From: Acidimicrobiia bacterium
GTDB lineage: Bacteria > Actinomycetota > Acidimicrobiia > IMCC26256 > JAENVU01
Direction: 5' to 3'
Length of the DNA: 64,000 nucleotides
Assembly (NCBI GenBank): GCA_046598395.1
Contig: JBKJIQ010000008.1
Span: forward strand, 33,275-97,274
Made by a program: the position numbers and the translations under genes. Positions within the stretch are counted from its first letter, which is position 1; each line of letters begins with the position of its first letter. Of the stretch, positions 17,247 through 26,120 are shown one piece after another. The notes under the pieces were generated by a model. It was not told where the DNA came from. It worked only from the letters and a program-made list of their open reading frames with translations, and did no database searches.

Positions 17247-18023
17247 TCAGAAGGTGCCGCCGTCGACGGTGATCTTGACGCCGGTGAGGTAGGTGCCCAC
17301 GTCGGTGACGAGCGCGTGGACGACCGACGCAACCTCTTCCGGGGTACATACGTGGCCGAACGGCGAACCCGCATCAAGAGTGTGAATGTCTTCCACGCCC
17401 ATTGCGCCCTTCACGAGGCGACGGCCCATCTCGGTCTCCACCAACCCCGGGGCGACGACGTTCACGTGGATGCCGTTGCGCCGCTCCTCTTTGGCGAGGG
17501 TCATCGCGAGGGCCTCCAACCCGGCCTTGGCCATGGTGTACGGAGCACCGCCCGCCTGCATGTGTGAGGTGGCGACCGACGAGATCATGATGACGTCGCC
17601 GCGCCCGCCCTCGCGAGATGCCGCGTCTCGCATTCCCGGCACGAACTGCTGGGCGAGGATGAAACCGGCGAGCGTGTGCGTGCGCCAGTTGCGCTCGACC
17701 TCGGCAATCTCGGTCTTCACCACGCTCTGCCCGCGCGACGCGATGCCCGCGTTGTGCACGAGCAGGTCGATCGGCCCGAACTCATCGAGCACGGTTGCGC
17801 ACATGGCCTCACATGCTTCGGCATTGTCGACCGACGCCGCGAACGCGGCCGAGCGAACACCGAGCGCCTCGATGTCGGCCACCGTGGCCGCGGCCGCGTC
17901 GGAGTCGCGCCGATAGTTGATGGCGACGTCCGCGCCGTCGGCCGCCAGCGCAAGTGCGATGGCGCGGCCGATCCCCCGCGATCCCCCGCTGATGAACGCG
18001 CGTCGTCCGGCTAGAGCGCCCAT
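17247..18023 (-). CDS. SDR family oxidoreductase
   Basis: 'FISGGSRGIGRAIALAL', 'HNAG', 'YTMAKAG'. Confidence 0.85.
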   Translation of the reverse strand: MGALAGRRAFISGGSRGIGRAIALALAADGADVAINYRRDSDAAAATVADIEALGVRSAAFAASVDNAEACEAMCATVLDEFGPIDLLVHNAGIASRGQSVVKTEIAEVERNWRTHTLAGFILAQQFVPGMRDAASREGGRGDVIMISSVATSHMQAGGAPYTMAKAGLEALAMTLAKEERRNGIHVNVVAPGLVETEMGRRLVKGAMGVEDIHTLDAGSPFGHVCTPEEVASVVHALVTDVGTYLTGVKITVDGGTF

Positions 18024-18036
18024 GGGCTGATTCTCC

Positions 18037-18843
18037 TCATTTGGTGAAGTTGGGGGGCCGCTTCTCCAGGAACGCGGCCATGGCCTCTTCCATATCGCCG
18101 GCGAAGCTCGAAAGGACCTGCGTGCGGTTCTCCAGGTCGATGCCGGCTCGCATGCTGCCCACTTCGAGTTGGCTCCACATGACCTCCTTGGTCATGCGCA
18201 CGCCGAACGGTCCGTTGGCGAGGATCAGTTCCGCCTCGGCGTACGCGGCGTCGAGGAGGGCGGCATCGTCGACGACCTGGGTGACGAGTCCGATGCGCAA
18301 CGCCTCCTCGGCATCGGCGAAGCGGCCGGTCAGCATCAGTTCATACGCGCGCGACGCGCCGATGAGTCGGGGCAAGATCCAACTGGTGCCGATGTCGCAC
18401 GCGGACAGCCCGACCTTGATGAATGCCACATTGAACCGGGCCGAGCGTGCGGCAATCCGGATGTCGGATCCCAACGTGAGCGCCAGTCCCCCGCCGGACG
18501 CGGCGCCGTTCACTGCGGCGATGATCGGTTGCGGTTGCGAGCGCATGACCGGGATCAGGTCCGCGATGTAGGACTGCACGCGCATGCCCGCGGTGGCTCG
18601 GCTCTTGCCGGCATTGTCGGGAATCGCCACGCCTTCGGCGAGGTCGAGCCCCGCGCAGAACCCCGTCCCGGCTCCGGTGAGCACGATGACCCGACACGTG
18701 GGGTCGTACCGCAACTCATCGAGCGCGGTCGCGAAACCTTCGAGGAGTGCGAAGTTCATCGCGTTGCGACGCTCCGGTCGGTTGAGCGTGACCAGCGCGA
18801 TCTGATCGCGTGGGCGTTCGACGATCACCGCGGGAGATGTCAT
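18037..18843 (-). CDS. enoyl-CoA hydratase/isomerase (crotonase) family protein
   Basis: 'VIVLTGAGTGFCAGLDL', 'AAVNGAASGGGLALTLGSD'. Confidence 0.85.
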   Translation of the reverse strand: MTSPAVIVERPRDQIALVTLNRPERRNAMNFALLEGFATALDELRYDPTCRVIVLTGAGTGFCAGLDLAEGVAIPDNAGKSRATAGMRVQSYIADLIPVMRSQPQPIIAAVNGAASGGGLALTLGSDIRIAARSARFNVAFIKVGLSACDIGTSWILPRLIGASRAYELMLTGRFADAEEALRIGLVTQVVDDAALLDAAYAEAELILANGPFGVRMTKEVMWSQLEVGSMRAGIDLENRTQVLSSFAGDMEEAMAAFLEKRPPNFTK

Positions 18844-18859
18844 CTCTCGATCCTGACCG

Positions 18860-19735
18860 TCAGGCGCGCTCGGATGCCAGCCGATCGGCTCGTGTCACCA
18901 TGCCCGGGGATCCGAGCCGTTGCGTCCACTGCGCGAACTCCGGGTTCGGGCCGCTCCAGCACCACTCGTCGACCTGGCCCACCGGATGATCGGTACGCAG
19001 GGTCGCGACCAATCGGAACAGTTCGGCGGCCTCTCGTTGCTCGCTCAACGTGGTGGCCAACTTCACCGCGCCCCGAACGTCGACCGCCCAATCCTTGGCC
19101 AGGTTCGGGATCTGCTCGAGGTGCAAGTAGTGACCGAGCACCGCGCCCGCCGACTTTGCACCCCAGCCGGGGAGACCGGGAAACCCGTCGGCGGTGTCGC
19201 CGACGAGTCCGAGGTAATCGGGGATCGACTCCGGGGGCACGCCGAACTTGGCTCGTACCCCTTCGGCGTCGCGCACCTCGTTCTTGCGCCGGTCGAACTG
19301 CACGATGCGATCGCCCACCACCATCTGACCCAGGTCTTTGTCGGGGGTGCAGATGAACACCCGCTCGACCCGCTCGTCGGCGCCGGCCACTATTGCCCCC
19401 GCCGCCATGCCATCGTCGGCTTCCTGTTCCACCATCGCCCACACGGTTACTCCGAGGGCACCGAGCGCGTCCTCCAACATCGGGAACTGCGCGAGCAGGA
19501 GTGGCTCCATACCTTCGCCGGTCTTGTATCCGTCGTAGAGGTCGTTGCGAAACGACTCGACCACGTGATCGGTCGCAACGGCAACGTGGGTGGCACCGTC
19601 CTCCAACAGCATGAGCATCGACCCAACGACGCCCCGGGTCGCGGCCACTTCCATCCCGGTTGGGTCGAGGTGGGAGGGCACGGCAAAGTGATGACGAAAC
19701 AGTTCGTAGGTGCCGTCGACCAGGTGGACCTTCAT
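18860..19735 (-). CDS. 5'-3' exonuclease (FEN/Pol I N-terminal domain-like, stand-alone)
   Basis: Inner part of ORF 18860..19852, starting at MKVHLVDG (ATG 19735). 'VHLVDGTYELFR', 'TPDKDLGQ', and H3TH 'GLVGDTADGFPGLPGWGAKSA'. Confidence 0.8.
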   Translation of the reverse strand: MKVHLVDGTYELFRHHFAVPSHLDPTGMEVAATRGVVGSMLMLLEDGATHVAVATDHVVESFRNDLYDGYKTGEGMEPLLLAQFPMLEDALGALGVTVWAMVEQEADDGMAAGAIVAGADERVERVFICTPDKDLGQMVVGDRIVQFDRRKNEVRDAEGVRAKFGVPPESIPDYLGLVGDTADGFPGLPGWGAKSAGAVLGHYLHLEQIPNLAKDWAVDVRGAVKLATTLSEQREAAELFRLVATLRTDHPVGQVDEWCWSGPNPEFAQWTQRLGSPGMVTRADRLASERA

Positions 19736-19748
19736 GCCCGAGCGGCCT

Positions 19749-20561
19749 TCACTGCGCCGTACCCGTGCCGAGGAGGGCGGTGGTGGGAATCCGATCGCCA
19801 CCGGCTTCCTCGACGGCGACGGCAAACGCTCGGGCCGCGGCGTCTTCGGCACCCTCGGGAATGCGCGCCAGGATCGCGCGGGCCGGGGTGGACCACTCGG
19901 GCATTTCGTGGAAGAACGTGATCGGATCCGGTATCACCAGCGGATGCTCGAGTGCGTGCACGGTCACGTTCGCCCACCCCGCGTGGATGAGCGCCGCGGC
20001 GAGCGTATGGGGCGCACCGAGCCGAGCCCACGGTGGAGTGCCGCCCGGCAGCGGAACATCGGGTGCGGCGGCGCGTACCGCCCGCGTGACGAGCTCGATG
20101 AGCCGAAACCCTTCGAGATCCCAACACGAGATGGCCATGCGGCCGCCCGTGCGAACGACCCGCGCCATCTCACGCAGTCCCAGATCGAGGTTGGGAAAGA
20201 AGATGAGTCCGAACATCGAACACGCGACGTCGAAGGTGTTGGTGGCAACCGAGAGGGCCTGACCGTCCATCACCTCGGTGCTGAGGGAGGCGAGTCCGTC
20301 GCGTTGCGCGGCCGTGGCGAGAACGTCCAGCATTCCCGGTGCGAAGTCAGTGGCGAGCACCGTCGCGCCCGTGGCGGCGGCCCGCCGCGCGAACGCCCCC
20401 GAACCCGCCGCGACGTCGATGACGTGGTCGGTGTTGTGTACCGACAGGAGCCGCACCGCATCATCGGCGAATGCGCCGGTGAAGGGGGCAAACACGGTGT
20501 CGTAGCTGGCGGCGCCGGTGCTCCACCCGTCGGGTCGTTGATCTGCGCTGGGTGTCTCCAT
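19749..20561 (-). CDS. class I SAM-dependent methyltransferase
   Basis: Motif I 'VIDVAAGSGAFA', 'VLATDFAPGML', 'FDVACSMFGLIF', 'RVVRTGGRMAIS'. Confidence 0.8.
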   Translation of the reverse strand: METPSADQRPDGWSTGAASYDTVFAPFTGAFADDAVRLLSVHNTDHVIDVAAGSGAFARRAAATGATVLATDFAPGMLDVLATAAQRDGLASLSTEVMDGQALSVATNTFDVACSMFGLIFFPNLDLGLREMARVVRTGGRMAISCWDLEGFRLIELVTRAVRAAAPDVPLPGGTPPWARLGAPHTLAAALIHAGWANVTVHALEHPLVIPDPITFFHEMPEWSTPARAILARIPEGAEDAAARAFAVAVEEAGGDRIPTTALLGTGTAQ

Positions 20562-20586
20562 GGCGTGGATGGTGCCACGCGGGTGG

Positions 20587-21795
20587 TCAGTGGGGACGAA
20601 CGGCGAACATGAACGTGTCGCGCCACGCCGGCGCGATTTTCACGACGTCGCCGGTCTGAGGAGCATGAATCATCTGGCCGCCACCGATATACAGCCCCAC
20701 ATGGTGCAGGTCGCTATAGAAGAGCACGAGGTCGCCGGGCTTGAGTTGGTCCCAGGTCACTTTGGGGAAACTCGACGCTTGGGAACCGGAGTAGTGCGCC
20801 ATCCGCACACCCGCGGCGGCCCACGCCGCCATGGTGAGGCCCGAACAATCAAACGTATTGGGTCCCGAGGTCGCGAAGACGTATGGCTTCCCGAGTTGCG
20901 CGCGGGCGAACGCCACCGCGGTGCCGGCTCCTGGGCTCACGGGTGGTTCCGACCCGGGGGGCGGTGGCGGTGGTGGTGGCGGCGGTGGTGTCGTTCCGGT
21001 GGTGGGTGGACGCGTGGTCGTCGGCGTGGGTGACGGGACCCCGGAACCACCTGGCGTGGATCCGCGGGCGCCGGTTGGCGGCGCAGTGGTCGAGATCGGT
21101 CCTGCGCCATCGCCGGTGGCGGGGCCCGCAGACCGCGGCGCGGCGGCCATCGTCTGGAGCCGTTGGCGGGCGCGCACCGCGGCGTTCAGGTTCGACTCCA
21201 GCATGAGCCGTTGCTCGCGCTGGCTCGTCCGTTCGCCATCGAGGCGGGCGATCTCGGCAGTGAGCGCTCGGAGCAGATCCCGGTCGGGTTGCTCGGCCGC
21301 GTTGAGGTAGGTACCGCGGCGCGCCACATCGGCGACGTCACTACTCGGCCCGATTGGGAGACCGTTCCCGGAACCGGTTCCCCGGTAGAGCGCGGCGGCT
21401 CGGTCACGGGCGCGTGCGCGCACGAGGGCGAGCCGACTCTGGGAAGCCTGAATCCTTTGCTCGGTTGCATCGACGAGCGCATTGGCCCGATCGACCTTCA
21501 GCCGGGCGAAGTTGTACTGCTCGGCCAGGACTTCAAGCTGCTCCGGGTTCGACGCCGCGGCGTTGGCAACGGGCGGCGCCGGCGCGGCCATGGCGGGGTC
21601 GAGGGGCACCACCAGACTGATCAGGGCGGCCGCGGCCAGACCAAGCGCGACGAGACGACGAGAAGGAAGCGCAGGTACTGACGGCACCGTTACTTGGTCG
21701 ACATCCGAGCCCGCATTATTGAGCACGCAGGGTGAGATTTCTTTGGGATGCAGCGGGACAGACCAAACGGGAATCGGATGAAACTGGTTGATCAA
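20587..21795 (-). CDS. secreted NlpC/P60 peptidoglycan endopeptidase with N-terminal coiled coil (RipA-like)
   Basis: C-terminal 'GKPYVFATSGPNTFDCSGL...HHVGLYIGGGQMIHAPQTGD' supplies the Cys/His catalytic residues. Signal-like 'RRLVALGLAAAALISLVVPLDPAMA'. Coiled-coil middle and a P11 linker. A GTG at 21687 is a more likely start than the ORF-track 21795. Confidence 0.85.
   Translation of the reverse strand: MINQFHPIPVWSVPLHPKEISPCVLNNAGSDVDQVTVPSVPALPSRRLVALGLAAAALISLVVPLDPAMAAPAPPVANAAASNPEQLEVLAEQYNFARLKVDRANALVDATEQRIQASQSRLALVRARARDRAAALYRGTGSGNGLPIGPSSDVADVARRGTYLNAAEQPDRDLLRALTAEIARLDGERTSQREQRLMLESNLNAAVRARQRLQTMAAAPRSAGPATGDGAGPISTTAPPTGARGSTPGGSGVPSPTPTTTRPPTTGTTPPPPPPPPPPPGSEPPVSPGAGTAVAFARAQLGKPYVFATSGPNTFDCSGLTMAAWAAAGVRMAHYSGSQASSFPKVTWDQLKPGDLVLFYSDLHHVGLYIGGGQMIHAPQTGDVVKIAPAWRDTFMFAVRPH
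20956..20988 (-). repeat. low-complexity tract encoding 11 consecutive prolines
   Basis: Minus strand reads CCA CCG CCG CCA CCA CCA CCG CCA CCG CCC CCC, inside the linker TTRPPTTGTTPPPPPPPPPPPGSEPP. Confidence 0.95.
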
Positions 21796-21810
21796 CCGCA
21801 GATCGGACGC

Positions 21811-22623
21811 TCAGCCGCGTCGAATCCGACCACGAAGTGCGAGAAACGCGAGGCTCATGCTGAGGAGGCCGACCGCGGCCACCGCGGCGATGCCCTTGAG
21901 GAGGACGTCGCCCTCCCAACCGACGGTGATGAGTGATCGGAGCGCCTCGAGGAGGTACGTGACCGGGTTGTAGGTGGCCACGGTCGCCAGCCATCCCGTG
22001 AGCGCCTCCTTGGGCAAGAAGCTCGTGGTCAAGAACGCGAACGGGAAGAACAGGATGAAGCTGGAGTTCACCGCCGCAGGATTGCCGGTCTTGAGGGCGA
22101 TCGCGTAGGGGAATCCCGTGAACACCAAACCCCAGGAGCCCGCGAGGAGCAGGAAGGCGAGGACCCCGAGTGGTCCGGTCTCGAACCCGATGCCGAGGAT
22201 GAACCCGAGGATCAGTACCGGGATGGAGAGTGCCACCACGAGCGCAAAGTCGGCGACCATGAGGCCCAGGAGCAGCGCGAGCCGACGCACCGGGGTCATC
22301 AGTAATCGGTCGAAGTAGCCACCCTGAATGTCGGTGACCAGTGCCGACGCCCGCGATACACCCGTGACCGCGAAGATGATCGCGACGGGAAGCTGGAACG
22401 CCTTGAAGTCGATCACATTCGCGGAGCGCTGCGCGATGTTCTGCAGTGATCCGACGTTGACGATGAAGAAGAACACCGGGACCGCGATAGCTGGAATCAC
22501 GGCCTCGGGTTCGCGCGGGATCGAACGCAGGGCGCGGCCTGCGACCGTTGCGAGGTCCCGCAGGAACCCGGCCCGGCGCGCGTGGGCTACGGGACCTGCC
22601 GCCACTTCTTGGTCGACCGTCAT
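21811..22623 (-). CDS. ABC-2 type transporter permease
   Basis: 270 aa with six hydrophobic segments. The start overlaps the ATPase stop by 4 nt (22620-22623). Confidence 0.8.
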   Translation of the reverse strand: MTVDQEVAAGPVAHARRAGFLRDLATVAGRALRSIPREPEAVIPAIAVPVFFFIVNVGSLQNIAQRSANVIDFKAFQLPVAIIFAVTGVSRASALVTDIQGGYFDRLLMTPVRRLALLLGLMVADFALVVALSIPVLILGFILGIGFETGPLGVLAFLLLAGSWGLVFTGFPYAIALKTGNPAAVNSSFILFFPFAFLTTSFLPKEALTGWLATVATYNPVTYLLEALRSLITVGWEGDVLLKGIAAVAAVGLLSMSLAFLALRGRIRRG

Positions 22624-23582
22624 GGTGAGCTCTCGCCGTCTTCGTCGGTGCCGATGTGGGAACCAGTCCGTTCGAGGAAAACATCATCGAGCGTTGGCGT
22701 GCGTAGGGTGAGGCTGCGCACCGAGATCCCCGCGCCGTTGAGCGCGACCGCGACCGGGCTCAGCGCGCCCGCGCCATCGCCGGTGCGTACCCAAATCTCC
22801 GAACCGTCTCGGTCCACGCGGTGCACGCCGGGAATCGCACCGAGGGTCGCGATCGCCTGATCGACGCTCCCCGCGACGGACACCGAGATCACGTCGTCGC
22901 CGAGGGCCCGCTTGAGGTCCGTGGGGGTTCCCTCGGCCACTAATCGGCCCCGACTGATGATGCCCACACGGTCGGCGAGTTCATCGGCTTCCTCCAGATA
23001 CTGGGTCGTGAGGAAGATGGTCATGCCTTGCTCACGATTCAGCCGGCGGACTTCGTCCCAGACCTTGGCCCGGCTCACGGGGTCGAGCCCCGTGGTCGGT
23101 TCGTCGAGGAACAAGACCTGCGGACTGTGTACCAGCGCGGCGGCGAGGTCGAGGCGACGCTTCATCCCGCCGGAGTAGGTGCCGATGCGCTGGCCGAGCG
23201 CCTCGCCGATGTCGATCATGGGAATGAGTTCGTCAATCCGACGATCGATTTCGGATCCGCGCAAGCCGTACAAGCGAGCCTGCAGGCGCAGGAGCTCGAT
23301 ACCGTTCTGGCGGTCGTCGAGTGCCGCGTCCTGGAGGGCGACGCCGATTCGCAAGCGGACGGCGTCGGGATCTTCCGCAACGTCGATGCCGGCAACGAGT
23401 GCCCGCCCGGCGGTGGGACGCAGCAGCGTGCAGAGCATGCGAACCACGGTGGTCTTGCCCGCTCCGTTCGGACCGAGGAAGCCATAGATCTCCCCCGGCG
23501 CGACTGCGAGGTCGACCCCGGCGACGGCCACCTTTTCCCCGAAGTGCCGCTGAATGTTCTCGGTGAGGATCGCGGCAGTCAT
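22620..23582 (-). CDS. ABC transporter ATP-binding protein (DrrA-like)
   Basis: Walker A 'GPNGAGKTT', signature 'YSGGMKRRL', Walker B 'VLFLDEPT'. The start overlaps the ctaA stop by 4 nt (23579-23582). Confidence 0.9.
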   Translation of the reverse strand: MTAAILTENIQRHFGEKVAVAGVDLAVAPGEIYGFLGPNGAGKTTVVRMLCTLLRPTAGRALVAGIDVAEDPDAVRLRIGVALQDAALDDRQNGIELLRLQARLYGLRGSEIDRRIDELIPMIDIGEALGQRIGTYSGGMKRRLDLAAALVHSPQVLFLDEPTTGLDPVSRAKVWDEVRRLNREQGMTIFLTTQYLEEADELADRVGIISRGRLVAEGTPTDLKRALGDDVISVSVAGSVDQAIATLGAIPGVHRVDRDGSEIWVRTGDGAGALSPVAVALNGAGISVRSLTLRTPTLDDVFLERTGSHIGTDEDGESSP

Positions 23583-24544
23583 GAGAGCGTCGCTCCGACA
23601 TTGGTCGGTAGTGGTTGCGATGAGAACGCCGTGTCGCCGGCCGCGTGTCGACCGCCGAGGAGTACGCCCATCGCGGCGGCGAAGACGGCGGTCGCGCCGG
23701 CCACGTGTAGTCCAACGAGCAGCGGCGGAACGTCGTTGAAGTACTGCACGTACCCGATTGCACCCTGCACAAGGAGCACGCCGAGCAGGATCGTCACTCG
23801 TCGGTACAATCGGGCATCGGCGCGTGTGCGCCCGAGGATCACGAGCAGCGCGAGGACGCTGGCGAGGAACACCATCACGGTGATGCCGTGCACTCGGGCG
23901 GCGTCGGGAATCGCGATGTCGAGCCGGGTCGCGCGCAGCGAGACCTTGGCCGAGTTCCCCGCGTCACCGGAATGAGGTCCCGCTCCGGTCACGACGGTAC
24001 CGGTCACGAGCACCGCGCTCGCGAGGACCACTACGACAATCGCCAGGCGATGTACCACGGGCGGCACTGAGATCGGCGTGAGCGCACCGTCGGCGACTCC
24101 GGCTCGCCAGACCAGCACCAGTGCATTGGCAAGCAGCACCGCCGACAGGAGAAAGTGGCCCATCACAAAGGGCGGGTCGAGCAGCTTCTTCACCACGAGC
24201 GCACCAAGGAGAGCCTGCGCGATCACGCCCAGTACGAGACCGAGGGAGAGCCAGGTGAGGTCGCGTCGGCGGGGGCGGCGGACGAGGGCTCCGAGCACGG
24301 CCACGATCACCGCGACCGACACGAGGCCCGTCACCATGCGGTTGACGAACTCGATCCAACCGTGCACTCCCACGGCCTTGGTGGGGGCCAAGCTCGTTGC
24401 GGTGCAGTTGGGCCAATCGGGACACCCGAGCCCCGACCCGGTGAGCCGAACCGCGGCGCCGGTCACGATGATGAGCGCGAGCAGAACGCAGGCCACCACC
24501 GTGACGCGCCGGTACTGCTCGGAAGAGATGGTCAGACGGGACAT
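23579..24544 (-). CDS. ctaA: heme A synthase (COX15/CtaA family)
   Basis: 'GAAVRLTGSGLGCPDWPNC' N-terminal Cys pair, 8-TM profile, and conserved His residues ('HGWIEFVNR', 'HFLLS', 'HGITV', 'GLHVAGA'). Confidence 0.85.
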   Translation of the reverse strand: MSRLTISSEQYRRVTVVACVLLALIIVTGAAVRLTGSGLGCPDWPNCTATSLAPTKAVGVHGWIEFVNRMVTGLVSVAVIVAVLGALVRRPRRRDLTWLSLGLVLGVIAQALLGALVVKKLLDPPFVMGHFLLSAVLLANALVLVWRAGVADGALTPISVPPVVHRLAIVVVVLASAVLVTGTVVTGAGPHSGDAGNSAKVSLRATRLDIAIPDAARVHGITVMVFLASVLALLVILGRTRADARLYRRVTILLGVLLVQGAIGYVQYFNDVPPLLVGLHVAGATAVFAAAMGVLLGGRHAAGDTAFSSQPLPTNVGATLS

Positions 24545-24616
24545 GTCGTGGTCATGGTACGGGCGAGTGCAGCGAGTGGGCTGATCGACCGAAGCGTTGT
24601 GGTCACGCGCAGGCTG

Positions 24617-25195
24617 CTATTCCGCGGGCCGGGGGAACGGAAGGGTGGAGTCGTCCACTCCGTCGTCGCGTACGACTTTGCACGCATTGAGTGCGAACGA
24701 AACGAGGTGGTATTGCCCGACGAGGAACACCAGGTCGAGAATCTGCTCGTTCGTAAAGTGGGCGTCGAGTTCCCGCCACGTGTCGTCGGAGATTGTCGAA
24801 CGGTCGTGCAGTTCGTCGGTGGCACGAAGTGCAGCCGCCTCGGCTGCGTCCCAGCCGTGGGCGTCCGGGCCGTCGGCCACGCGCTGCACGTCGGCGTCGG
24901 ACAGGCCCACGGTGCGTCCCACCACAATGTGCTGGCCCCATTCGTACGGTGCGCAACATTGCCACCCAACCCGCAACACCACGAGTTCGCGCACGCGCGG
25001 CTCGAGTGTGGTCTTGGTCAGCGCATAGGTGGCGAACACCAGCCACTTGCGCAGCAGTGTTGGATGGTTCGCAAGCGTGCCGAAGACGTTGAGCACGGTG
25101 GCATCGTCACCCCGCACGCGCGACAGGCGGCCGAGCAGTTCGGCGGTCTCGGGATCGGCGTCGGCCAACGAAACAGGAAGGATGCGGGGTTCCAT
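24617..25195 (-). CDS. carboxymuconolactone decarboxylase (AhpD-like) family protein
   Basis: 'RELVVLRVGWQCCAPYEWGQH' is a typical CMD-family core. 192 aa. Confidence 0.7.
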   Translation of the reverse strand: MEPRILPVSLADADPETAELLGRLSRVRGDDATVLNVFGTLANHPTLLRKWLVFATYALTKTTLEPRVRELVVLRVGWQCCAPYEWGQHIVVGRTVGLSDADVQRVADGPDAHGWDAAEAAALRATDELHDRSTISDDTWRELDAHFTNEQILDLVFLVGQYHLVSFALNACKVVRDDGVDDSTLPFPRPAE

Positions 25196-25217
25196 CTGGG
25201 CAGCGTACGGTGACGGG

Positions 25218-26120
25218 ATGTCGATAGTGAGCTATGACGAGTTCTCGTTCTTCGCGGACAACGCCGCCGAAGTTGGTCTCCCCTATCTGAACCCTCCCAC
25301 CGTGGAGCGCGTGACGGTCGAGGTTGCGCCCGGGCAGCGGCTCAGCGCGCTGCGGTGGGGGGCGGGCGAACCGGAGTTGGTCCTGCTGCACGGCGGCGCC
25401 CAAAACGCGCACACCTGGGACACCGTCGCCCTGGCACTTGGCCGTCCGCTCGTTGCGATCGACCTTCCCGGCCATGGTCATTCGGACTGGCGCGACGACA
25501 AGGCGTACTGGCCGCAGGAGAATGCGCGAGCGGTTGCGGGAGCGGTGCGAACCTTGGCCCCGCACGCGAGCGGCGTGGTGGGGATGTCACTCGGTGGGCT
25601 CACCGCACTCGCGCTGAGTCTTCACGCGCCAGACCTGGTGCGAAAGCTGGTGCTGGTGGATGTGACGCCCGGGGTGAATCGAGAGAAGGCGTCCGCAATT
25701 ACTGCGTTCATTTCCGGCCCGGAGTCGTTCGCGAGTTTCGACGAGATTCTCGAGCGCACGGTGCTGTTCAATCCGACCCGCAGTGAGTCGTCGTTACGCC
25801 GCGGGATCTTGCACAACGCCACCGAACGGCCCGACAGAACGTGGTCCTGGCGCTACGATCGGTTCACGCTTCCTGACGGCGCAACCGTGCCGGACTTCGG
25901 CAACTTCTGGGATGCCGTGAGTGCCGTGAAGGTCCCATTCATGCTCGTGCGCGGTGCTGATTCGCCGGTGGTCGACGACGACGATGTGGCCGAACTCGTT
26001 CGCCGGAATCCGGCGGCGCGGGTAGAGGTGGTGGCCGCTGCGGGCCACAGCATTCAGGGCGACCAGCCGCTGGTGCTGGCGAAACTGCTCGAGGATTTTA
26101 CGGCGGGTTCCCCGGCTTGA
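25218..26120 (+). CDS. alpha/beta hydrolase
   Basis: Inner part of ORF 25029..26120 (ATG 25218). 'LVLLHGGAQNAHTWD', nucleophile elbow 'VVGMSLGG', C-terminal 'AAGHSIQGD'. Confidence 0.8.
   Translation: MSIVSYDEFSFFADNAAEVGLPYLNPPTVERVTVEVAPGQRLSALRWGAGEPELVLLHGGAQNAHTWDTVALALGRPLVAIDLPGHGHSDWRDDKAYWPQENARAVAGAVRTLAPHASGVVGMSLGGLTALALSLHAPDLVRKLVLVDVTPGVNREKASAITAFISGPESFASFDEILERTVLFNPTRSESSLRRGILHNATERPDRTWSWRYDRFTLPDGATVPDFGNFWDAVSAVKVPFMLVRGADSPVVDDDDVAELVRRNPAARVEVVAAAGHSIQGDQPLVLAKLLEDFTAGSPA

Noticed and set aside
21688-21810. Possible ydaO (c-di-AMP) riboswitch upstream of the NlpC/P60 hydrolase, as is common in Actinobacteria.
   Set aside because: The hallmark blocks I remember (GGGGUGAAUC, ACCCGAAUCCG.CAGCUAACCUCGUAAGCG) are absent on the sense (minus) strand. 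Loose resemblances occur only on the wrong strand and in the wrong order.
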